A stretch of DNA of 64,000 bases from Malacoraja senta (lineage: Eukaryota). A program made the translations under genes and the position numbers. This document shows positions 27,601-39,600 of the stretch, one piece after another. Numbering within the stretch: the first letter of the stretch is position 1; the number at the start of each line of letters is the position of its first letter. Location: the NCBI GenBank assembly GCA_038087875.1, contig CM075987.1:20088001-20152000 (forward strand), given 5' to 3'. The notes under the pieces are model-generated. The model did no database searches, had not been told where the DNA came from, and saw only the letters and a list, made by a program, of their open reading frames with translations.

Positions 27601-30600
27601 TGAGCCACCGGGAGATCAGGTTGGTTATTGCAAACTGAGCGGAGATCTTGGGCGAATCGATCGGCAAGCCTGCGCTTGGTCTCACTTCTCTACATCGGCC
27701 CAGCGCAAATTGGAGGAACAGCACCTCATATTTCACTTGGGTAGTTTACACCCCAGCGGTATGAACATTGACTTCTCCAATTTCAGGTAGTCCTTGCTTT
27801 CTCCCTCCTTCCCCTCCCCTTCCCAGCTCTCCCACAAGCCTACTGTCTCCTCTTCCTTTCTTTTTCACGCCCCCCCTCGACATCAGTCTGAAGAAGGGTC
27901 TCGAGCCGAAACGTTGCCTATTCCTTCTCTCCATAGATGCTGCCTCACCCGCTGAGTTTCTCCAGCATTTTTGTCTACCTTTCATGAATGGTAATTATTT
28001 TACACATGCTAATCAGAAAGGATCAAATGGAATAAAATGTTGCATATTCCTATTCTCGCATTAGCTCTCTCAATCTCAGAATTAAAAGATTGGGCAAAAT
28101 TGGATTGATTATTATTCATTTTGCAAATAGTGTGTAAAATCTACTTCCCTGGCAGGATTGGACAGAATTGGCCTTCCTTCCCAGGTGAAAGTGCATCCAC
28201 TGTTTTACTGTTGCTAATCTCCTGGGGCTAATTAGTTCGTGTTTTATGTTCTTATTTTCATTTTCCAGCATCAATAGGTAATTAGTTTTTGTGTTATAGT
28301 CACCACACTTCTGTGCCCAGAAACTATGTTTTATCCTCACTATGCTAGAAATTTTATTAAATCTACATGTAATATAAAATAATTACATATTTGATGTCAC
28401 TAAGTAACTGGACAAAATAAACTGCTTATATTGCAAGGTATAGGTGTTACGTTTTTTTGTAGTTAAGATATCCATTTGGCCTATTGTTCCTACATCAATT
28501 CTTCACTGAAGCAATCCAGGACTAATTCCACAGCTTTAAATGTTTAACTACCCTTGCTTTTAAAAAGTAACAATCTATGTGTCAATTATTCTTTATTCCA
28601 AAGTATTCTATGCTATGATGTTTTTTTGCAAGCAGGTCTTGGGCAACTTACAACCCAGCGGTACGGATATTGTTTTTCTCTAACTTCAAGTAACCCTTGC
28701 TTTCCCTCTCTCTCCGTCCCTCCCCCACCCCAGTTCTCCGACTAGTTTCACTGTCCTTCTGATTAATTTTACTGATTGTATGCCTCCTTGTCACCTCTCC
28801 TCAGCTAACAATGAACCATTCTACGTTTCCTTAGCATCGTCTGCTTTGATATGTTGTTTTCACACCTTACCCCTCCATATCTCTAAATTCCCTTTTCCCT
28901 GACTCTCAATCTGAAGAAGGGTCTCGACCCGAAACATCACTCCAGAGGTGCTGCCTGTCCCGCTGAGTTACTGCAGCACTTTTGTCTATAGTTAGAAACA
29001 AGATCCCATCATAATTCTAGATCTTTACATATGGGGTGGATAAGCATTGGCAAAGAAATTTATTGAAATGGCAGGCATGTAACCTTTGTATTTCAACAGA
29101 TACTCCCTTCCATTTGGCATTGTGTTCATATATTATTTTTACTGTGCTAGATATGAATGTTATACATAGTCTAAGGAATAATATCAGTTTATTACTACAT
29201 TCACTGTTAAGTAGCAGGAATACATTTACTGACAGACAAACATAGGAAGATGAGCTTTTTTAAGGTTAAGCCATAAAGTATTCATGATCAAAAAACTCTC
29301 AAGAAGAGTTCTGACCCGAAACGTCACCTATCCATGTTCTCCAGAGATGCTGTCTGACCCACTGAGTTACTCCAGCACTTTGTATCTTTTTTATAATCAA
29401 AATACAACGTTTTAGAAATGTTGGAAATAAAAACAGTAACTGCTCAAACTTTCAGCACACCAGGCAGTGTGTGGAAAAAGGAGTATACCATGCCAAAGAC
29501 AAACTGATGCAAATAGGTTAAGAAAGAAAATACAGTGAAATAAATTGATGGTCCAAAAGCAAAACACAAAGCGGTGGAGGAATACAGCGGATCATGGCTA
29601 CATAGACAATAGGTACAGGAGTAGGCCATTCAGCCCTTGGAGCCAACACCGCCATTCAATGTGATCATGGCTGATCATCCACAATTAGTACCCGGTTTTC
29701 TTGATTTCTCCCCATATCTCTTGATTCCTTTAGCCCTAAGAGCTGTATCTAACTCTCTCTTGAAAACATCCAATGATATGGCCTCCACTGCCTTCTGAGG
29801 CAGAGAATTCCACAAATTCACAACTCACTGTGTGAAAAGGTTTATCCGCATCTCAGTTCTAAATGGCCTATCCCTTATTCTTAAACTGTGGCCCCTGGTT
29901 CTGGATTCCCCCAACATCGGGATCATGTTTCCTGCATCTAGCATGTCCAATCCCTTAATAATGTTATATGTTTCGATAAGATCACCTTTCATCCTTCTAA
30001 ATTCCAGTGAATACAAGCCCAGTCATTCCATTCTTTCATCATATGATAGTCCCGCCATCCCGGGAATTAACCTCGTGAACCTACGCTGCACTCCCTCAAT
30101 AGCAAGAATATCCTTCCTCAAATTAGGAGACCAAAACTGCACACAATACTCCAGGTGTGGTCTCACCAGAGCCCTGTACAACTGCAGAAGGACCTCTTTG
30201 CTCCTGTAATCAACTCCACCCGTTATGAAGGCCAACATGCCATTCGCTTTCTTCACTGCCTGTTGTACCTGCATGCTTATTTTCAGTGACTGATGTACAA
30301 GGACATGTACATGTACTGATGTACAGTGACTGATGTCCAGAACCAAAATGTTGCCTGTCCATTTCCCTGTGAAGGGAAATGGACAGGCAACATTTTGGTT
30401 CTGGACTCTTCAGTCCTTCAGCACTTGGTTTTGTGCTCAAGATTCCTGCATCTGCAGTCTGTTTAGTTTAAATTCAAGGTTTAGTTTAAATCCTCAAATA
30501 ATCTAAGTGATCCTAAAGGGGCTGTCCCACTTGGGCGACCTAATCCACGAGTTCTGGCGAGTTTGCCCTCGACTCATACTCGCAGCATGGTCGACACGAG

Positions 30601-33600
30601 GTCGTAGGAGGTCTTTGTAATTCTCCTTCATGCTCGAGAGTAGTCCCCGTGTACTCGAGGCCTCAGCTAGGTCGATGAGTATTTTTCAATATGTTGAAAA
30701 ATGCCCGCGAATAAAAAAAGACCGCCGTGGAAAAAATCTATACTTTTTTACTCGTAGGTTTACTCGTAAACGCTACAATCGTATCTTACACCTCCCACCC
30801 TCACCATCTCTGGCAGTGTGTTCCAGACAATAGAACATGGAACAGTACTCACATTCAGTATCCCTTATTCTTCGTTAGCAATTCCAGAGAGCCAATTTTT
30901 CTTGCCTTCTAAACATGTAGGGAAGTGAGGTGGGCGGCCTGAACAAGCCTTGAGATTCCTTCGGAACTATTCCTTCAAAAACCTACCAAGTGCTGCTCCA
31001 CTTTGCAGCTATTGAATCTGTCTAGTGTTTTTAATATTTTTGAATATCTTTAGAAACAATTAAAAACTTTTAAGTACAGAACAAATAATTAAGTATTTTT
31101 ATGAAATGGGACATTTCTCCACTTTTCCATTCTGATTGCTCCTTAAAACTTGTTTTACTTCTTACATTCCCCAGTTCTAATGAAAGATTAGCAACCTGAA
31201 ATGTCAATTTAGTTTCTCTGCACTGATACGACCTGACCTGCTGAGTGTTTCAAGCATTTTCAGGTTTAATTCATACTTCTAGTATCTGCAAAATTATGAC
31301 TTTTGCACATCAAATGTATGTTCCATAAACTGAGTTACATTGGCACAGCACCCCATAAAGTCCTGATGACATTCAACAATTAATGTTATAATTCAGTGTC
31401 TGCTTATAGTTCAGCTTCTATCTTAATCTCCAGTATGTCCCAAATTTTATTTTCACTTTACACAAACATGCCCTTTAATAATTAGAGCTTTCATTTCCTA
31501 GTTTCCTGTCTATAAGAGCACTATCTGTAAGAATTCTTCATTGTAACTTTCTCCTCAGCTGGCTTGATGACACACTGATGCTGGATCTCAGAGATTGATG
31601 CCAGAGTGAAATTATTTTTAATTCATGGAAAGGAAACAATCCATGCCATAGAGATAGTTGATCTTTGTGGGCAGTCACCTTTGATTTAGGCAGAGTGCCC
31701 TGGTCACATATTATCAATGTTCCTGGGTGAATTAAAGTACATTTTTGCTTTTGCAGATAGTGAGTACTGTTAAATTCTACTCTACTCCCAAAAACTGTTC
31801 CGTCCCAACAGACATTGGATCAGGATTAGTTCAGATGCCTAATTTATATCCAGATCTATTTTACTATCAGAAACTGACAGAAACATCGGTTGTCCAGCAC
31901 CTTCATAGATGCTACCTGACCCATCGGGTTACTCCAACACTTTGTGTTTTGCTCAATTTCACTATCCATACATTTATAATAATTGCATGTGACTATTCAA
32001 GATGTATTGTGTGTCATTAAGACAAATTGTGATGGATAAACTGATAATCTACTGCTATTAAGCCATGACATCTGTCACATTTATTATAGAAATGTATCTT
32101 TAGCTCAATAAATAATAACGTTAATGGGTCACCGATAGGTATAAAACAAATTATCTGTGATAAAGTCGTTTGCTACCTCTCCAGTCTTATTCTCCATGCT
32201 AGTAACGTGAATGTTATAATGCTTTTAATAGTAAAATGTGGATTTAATAGGCAATACATTTGCTTTTTTTGTGTTCATTGTAATTTGGATGTAGAATATT
32301 TAACATTCATTTTTGTCTTTTTATAGGGACATAAAGGACCGCCTGGCCCGAAAGGACCACCTGGTCCCAAAGGTGAAAAGGTAAATTAGATTCATTTTTA
32401 AAGTTTTTTTTTAGTTAGTCTGAAATGAGAGCTTAATAGAGTTAAACTTTGTTTTGGCAGCAAGGGAAGAATAAGCTAATCAGAGAACTCAGAGCACATC
32501 CAGCTCTACAATCTGCAGCTGCTTCTCGAGTCAATTCAGTTTATTTAAATCAATGGCGTTAAATGATCTATACCTATCAGTTTGCTCATTGACACGTGCC
32601 TGAGGCTCTGAATTGTACCTACTTCCAATGTACTCAATAAAACTATTAAACAAACTATTCTGCTCAAGCAGCCAACATCAGAGTTTGTATGCATTGACTG
32701 GTCAATCCGCAGTTACACTCATCTGGAATTGTTTGTGCAGTCTTAGCCGAATGAAAGATAAAACAACCCTTCATGTGCAGTATATGGTAGCTTGTTGATT
32801 TATACTTTATAGAGGCTTTTAAACTTTCTAAATCTCCAGTGCTTAGCAGTTTCTTTTGATCTTTTTGAGGGGAAATGTTTTGTTTATTTTGATTTGAACT
32901 CCATTTATGTAAATGTTCAGTTGTCTATAGAGGGAAAAGCTGGAAGTTTGGTTTTGTGCCAGTGATACTGTATTTCTGAAAAGCTCTGTTGTGGTACAGC
33001 ACAGTATTGGCACAGACTGAGATCTGTAATTAAGTGCCATATATTGTGGGAATATAAATGAATTCAGCTTTTCTAAGTCTTATCTATATTCCACATTGTA
33101 GCCACAAGGGAATAGCTTCTATACTTTGTAGAATTGTAGACATATAGCGTTGAAACATGTCCTTCAGCCCATCAAGTCCATGCTGTCCATCAAGCTCTAA
33201 TTATACCATTCACCATAGACCATTCACTCTAATCATACATTAATCCCATTTTATTCTCACCATACTTTAATTCACCCCCCCCCCCCCCCCACCCAATCCA
33301 ATTCTACAATTCACAAATACACTGTGGGCATTTTACAGTGGCTAATTAACCTACCAACCAGCATGTCCTTGGAATGTGGGAGGAACGAGCATCCAGGGAA
33401 AACCTGCATGCTCACAGGAAGAAAATACAAACTCCATATGGACGGATATTGAAATCCTGACTTGGAAACGTATAATATATTAAATGATTATTTAATATTC
33501 TTGAATCCACTGAACTGGGATATTGAAAATTGAACATTAACCCTTATTCCAAAGAAAACATTTACCTTCCTCGCCCTTCTTCAGATCTCCCAAAGCAATA

Positions 33601-36600
33601 CATGCCTTGTAGCTGAAGGTTTGGGACAGACAGTTTGAGAGTAGACTGCTATCAAAGACATTAATAACTTGATAGAAAAAAACAGATTCCCCTCACCACT
33701 ATCGCCCTCCCCCGACCAAAATCACTATCTCCCCAGGGCCAAGCTTCAACTCCCGTCTCTGTTCACAGCTGCAATTTATAGCTCACCATGATGTCAAACA
33801 AGCCCTCTTCTTTCCACTCCGTGCTTTGAGTCAGTGCTGCTTTAACACTCTCAGACAGTAAGTACACCAGGTCTAAAACTCCTTTCAGGGTCAAAACCAA
33901 GGATTAGTCTGATTCCAGGGTTTTACTGAAGAACTAATTTTTGCCATGATTTTGCACTATTGCTTTAAGATCATTTTCCAGAGGGAGGGAGATGAGGCGA
34001 GTAGTTAGCCCAGAGGGGCAAAACACACACTCTATTCAGCCGACGATCGGTACCACCTCACGCAATGCTCACAGGAACCACCTCACCCAATCCTCTCTGT
34101 CACCAAGGCCCAAGACTGATGCAATGAGTGTGATCTCTGCCCATTTTTTTCCCCTTGTCAGTAAACTCTGGATATGCAGGGAATGGGGGGTGTGGGGGGG
34201 GGGGGGATATGATCACATGCAGGAAGAGTAGTTTAGTTTAGCTTGGCATCACGTTTGGCACAGGCATTGTGGGCTGAAGAGTGTGTTCCTGTGTTGTATG
34301 TTCTATGAGTACGGTTAAGGAAGCTTGTTTTATAACATTGCTTTTTTCTTGGTGCTACATAATTTATGTACCCACTTCCAAGTGTAAATACCTTTGTGTA
34401 AATGGCACAATCTATAGAGTTGAATGAAGGGTGATAATGTTCCTTCAGAGAGATGTCTCAGGGCAATGAGTTCATATTGGTCCAAGTTGGGAATGCACAG
34501 TATGAGGAGGACAAAGAAGATCTGCAAGACTATTGAGTTTGAAATAAAATCAGCCAATAGAGTGCAATATTGGGGATATGTGAGGTTGTCTGCTTCAATC
34601 GGAATAATTGAGAAATAGCATAATATGCAAATGGAGGAGTGCAGAATGCCACAGAACAAATAAATCTGAATGTCCTTGTAGATACAGTATATAAAGATGG
34701 TTAGCATGCACATACAGTAATGTAATTAGGAATGTTGACCTTTTTGCAAAAGAGATGAAATATAAAAGTAAAGATCTTGCCACAACCATGCAGGAATTGA
34801 TGAAACAGAACATGAAATACTATGTACAATTCTGGTATATTTTGTCATGTAATTGCATTGGAGGCAGTTCAGAGAAGGTTCACTGATTTGATTGCTGGGA
34901 TGAAGACCTGGTCTAATAAGGAAAGGACACCCTGTACTCATTAGAATGTGAGGTGACCTTATTGAAACATATAAGATTCTGAGGGGGCATAAAAGGATCA
35001 ATGCTAAGAGGATGTTTCCTTTCATAGGTCCTCAAAATAAGAGGTTGCCCATTAAAATCATGATGAAGAAGAATTTCTTCCCTGAGAGTTGTGGCTCTTT
35101 GAAATTCTCTATCCCGGAGTGTTGGAGAATCTGAATTATTAAATATATTCAAGGCCAAAACAAACAGATTCTTTGTCAAAAGGGTAGTTAAGGGTCCTAG
35201 GGAACAGACAGGTAAGTGAAGCCAAGATGAGGTCAGCAATGATATTACTGAATGGCAGACGAGTCTCAAGAGACTGTGGACGTATTTTTGTTCCTATTCC
35301 TATGTTCTGGCAACACCGAGTGCTCCGGGAGCAACCAAACTTTCAGCAGAACTATTTAAAGAGGCCTGGAACAGATTAAAATAGAGTACGTGAACCTGAC
35401 CCAAGTGGTTACTCTGATTTTTTTAATCTCCTGCACGCTTTAGAACTCCTTTCCCACAATGTTGACCCCACAGATCTCCCCCTGCAACACAACCCCTACC
35501 TATGGCCCAGGGCCTACTTGGCATATATATTAAAACAAACTTAAGGATAAAGGGAACTTAACCATATTGAAAGTAAATGCTTTCAATTGAAAGCAAAAAA
35601 GTCACTGTAAGTAAATCCATTTAACACTCCAGAAAGTGCTCTGGACCAATTGGCCATCAGATTTATAATTCCTGCCCATTGGGAATCAAAGTTTAAAAAA
35701 AATCCAGAATAGATTTTGAGGAGGAGGTCACTGGTAAGTCTACATTCCTAAATGCCCAGACTCAGACAGACAAGATAAATACTCTCAAGCAAGTGTTCCC
35801 GGTACACCTACCATGCAGTTTCAGATTGGATTGTTGATTTTGAGTTTATCAGAGTCAGAAGCAGAGTGGTGCACTCCGCAATGGAGTGCACTGCAAATGT
35901 TACCTGCACTTACCATTTGAGGCTTGCACTGCCTCTTTGGTGTAAAGATCAGCTTGCTTAGAGATCCACTCGTGGAGGAAGTAAGGGAGGGTAGATGGGC
36001 ATGTACCCGGGAAGTGTTTCGGTCCAACATGATCTGGCCCAACCAATTTGTTTGACAAATATTTGTCTGAAAATATTAAGAGGCATTTATTTTAGTTCAG
36101 TGTCTCCATTACTATCTCCATTGCAGAGAGGCATTTATTTTATTCAGCATGATATCACCACATAAAGGATATTTAAAAATACATTTACGAATACATTTTG
36201 TAGCAGAAAGGCTGTTATCTGAATGTTTGTTTCACATTGGCTGCATATCGGCTCATTTACAAACAAGCAATGATTTTCAAACAAATAACACTAATTTTGT
36301 AGAATTAATTTGTAAAATGCGACCGTAAAAGGGGGAGGACAGGAGCAACCAGCTGCGTATTACCAAATGTAACAGTTGTACTTTGATTTTTTATTACATT
36401 TGTCAGAGGGAATGATTGCTGTCTTGGGAAATGGAAAATGACTGACTCCCAAACCATTTTAACCATAATTACTCCAATTTTCCAATTGTTATGATGTTTG
36501 GGGTTTCTTGATTGGTTTAAAAATGAGTTCTCCAGACTAGGCTTTAAAAACACACAGTCCTACGGTTCATTGCTGATTCACCTCTACATTATCTGTGATT

Positions 36601-39600
36601 AAAAACTGGCTCTGATTCAGTTGGACTCAACGGCCAGGAAAACAAACACCCCAGGATTCTCCAGGAATCCTAAAGGTGGTAACAACTGCCAAGTCCTGAC
36701 AGTTGAAATTAACTTGCTGTCTGCACACAAACCCATAAGAAAGATCTTATTTCACTGGAAAATTAGAAAAAAAATCTGTTTCGTAATGTCTGGCATGCTG
36801 AAGTACAGGACCAAAACTGCCTTTTCAGTAAAATTCTGAGGTTCATTTGTCATCACGCTTTCTTAAAAGAAAGTTCATAGAATCTGATAATGATACAGTA
36901 TTAAAGGAGGCCATTCAGCCCACGAAAGAGCTGTGTTACTCACATTCCATGCAAATTAAATAGTGATTATCATATGTTATGCATAATTGAGTAATTAATT
37001 AATACTTCAATCATCTATGAGGGCAAATCACAAGAATTATTTCCTTATTATTTAATGTCTTATTCTCTCTCAGGAGAAACAAATCGAACATAAATCTGCC
37101 CCATCAGTGATAAACTGGGTAAATGCTGTGATTGCCTCCAACATCGTGAGTCAGGTAGCAAAGGGGCGCAGCTGGTAGAGCTGCTGCCTCACAGCACCAG
37201 AGATCTGGGTTCAGTCTGTGTGGAGTTTGCACGTTCTCCCTGTGACCACGTGAGTTTCCTCCAGGTGCTCATGTTTACACCTGCATCCCAAAATCATGCC
37301 GGTTTGTAGGTTAATTGACCTCTGTAAATTGCCCCTAGTGTGCAGAAAGTTGATGAGAAAGTGGGATAACATAGAACCAGTGTGAACAGGTGACCAATAG
37401 TTGGCGTGGACTCGGTGGGCCAAAGAGCCGTTTCCATGCTATCTCTAAAACTATCGGGCTCATCTGTTGTAAACTGGAACTATTCCTTGACTGATACAAA
37501 CAGACTTATTTGGAGTGGAAGGAGATTAATGAGGGCAACGGAGAGAAAACAAAACAATTCTGGGCAGAGCACAGCAGTTTGCTGTAAATCCAAACTAAAC
37601 AAGAATGCTGGATTTAGTCAATTAATAACCTGGAATTTGGAAAGAAAAACAATTGGTATTAATATTGGCTCTTCAACGTGACCTAGTGTGAGCAGCACTT
37701 GGCATATGTCAAGAGTCAAGAGTGTTTTGTTGTCATATGTCCCAGATAGGACAATGAAATTCTTACTTGCTGCAGCACAACAGAATATGTAAACATAGTA
37801 CATAACGGGAGAAGAAAAAAAGTTCAGTGTGTGTATACACATGCACACATACTCAATAAATAACAAATATAGTGCAATAATAATAATAGTCTGTTGCAGT
37901 TCAGAGCTTATTTGTTGTCGTGTTTAATAGCCTGATGGCTGTAGGGAAGTAGCTGTTCCTGAACCTGGACGTTACAGTTTTCAGGCTCCTGTACCTTCTT
38001 CCCGATGGCAATGGTGAAATGAGTGTGTGGCCAGGATGGTGTGGGTCTTTGATGATGTTGGCAGCCTTTTTGAGGCAGCGACTTTGATAGATCCCTTCGA
38101 TGGTGGGGAGGTCAAAGCCTGTGATGGACTGGGCAGTGGTCACAACTTTTTGCAGTCTTTTCCGCTCCTGGACGTTCAAGTTGCCGAACCAGGCCACGTT
38201 GCAACCAGTCAGTATGCTCTCTACTGTGCACCAGTAGAAGTTCAGGAGAATCCTCTTTGACATGCCGAATCTCCGTAATCTTCTCAGGAAGTAGAGTCGC
38301 TGATGTGCCTTCTTTATAATTGCATCAGTGTGCTGGGTCCAGGAAAGATCTTCGGAAATAAGCACGCCCAGGAATTTGAAGTTTTTGACCCTCTCCACCA
38401 TTGTCCCATTGATGTAGCCAAGGAGAGCCAGTGAGATCGCATCCTACATTGACCTGTTGTGGCGGTAGGCGAACTAGTGGATCGAGTATAATGTTAGTAA
38501 ATGTATAGTTATCCATTTCAGTTTCAAAACAGAAAGACAGGGTGTTATTATAACAGTGTTAGTCGGGAAAGTGGAGGGTTGGGGAAGAGGTGGGAAAGGT
38601 AAGTAAAGAGAAAAGAAAACTAGTAACCATTGACTGTGAGTGTGAGAGGAGAACATCCAGTGTAGTTTACCTGAAATTGGGAAAAAAAACACTTCATACT
38701 ATTGACTTGTAATTGCCCACGTGGCATATGAGATATAGTTCCTGCAATTTGCATTTGGCCTATCCATAGCAAAGGAATGCTGCACTTTAGCAGGCCAAGA
38801 CCAGAGATGCCATGGGCCAGACTTAACCCACGATCCATAATTGATATTGATATCCTTCAATATCCATTCATCATGACTTTACAGTTCTCAATCAAATTCC
38901 TCTTATTATTCTCTGCTCTGCTTCAAAGAGAAAAAACCTCAGTCTATCCAAATAATTGTAATTCCTGCTAGAACTCATTTGTGCCCTCTCCAAACGTCCA
39001 CATCTTCCTGAAGTGAGTGCAGTCCAAATGTAGTCAACAAGTGAGATTGTTTGAGTAATTTGTAACACTTTGCAATGTTCCTTTCTAGAAATTGATGAAG
39101 ATCTTTTATGGTACTGTTACTAATATAGATATTTACACCCCAATAAATCTTAAATTAATCGTGAGAATAACAACACTGGCATTAACTAATGTTATCTAGA
39201 AATTTAGCTACAGTCTGCCAACTCTGTAGTGACTCATGGGTTTAGGTTGAATCACCAGTGAACCTGTACCTACAACTGTGCTGCTGGAAAAATGTTCTGT
39301 TTTATTCTCTTTCTTTTGTTTTGTTTGTTCTTTTATTTCCTCAGTAATCAGATTATTTACACTTCCCTTGTCCCTGCAGTTAGCCCAACCCGTAAGTTCT
39401 GTTTCCCAAAGTGTACTAAGCGTATTATTAACAGAGTTTTTCTTGTGCTCCAGGGTGAACAAGGAGATGATGGGAAGGTGGAAGGACCATCTGGTCCACC
39501 TGGTGACAGGGTAAAGTATTATTGTCAATGCCTTTAGACTAACTCTTGCCACTCAGAAGGCTACACCATTTGCAAGATGGCATTGGAGCAATGCATCTCT

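Noticed and set aside
37901-38401. 166-aa antisense host gene
   Set aside because: Rex1/Babar RT C-terminus with a second copy at 43205 and a LINE tail
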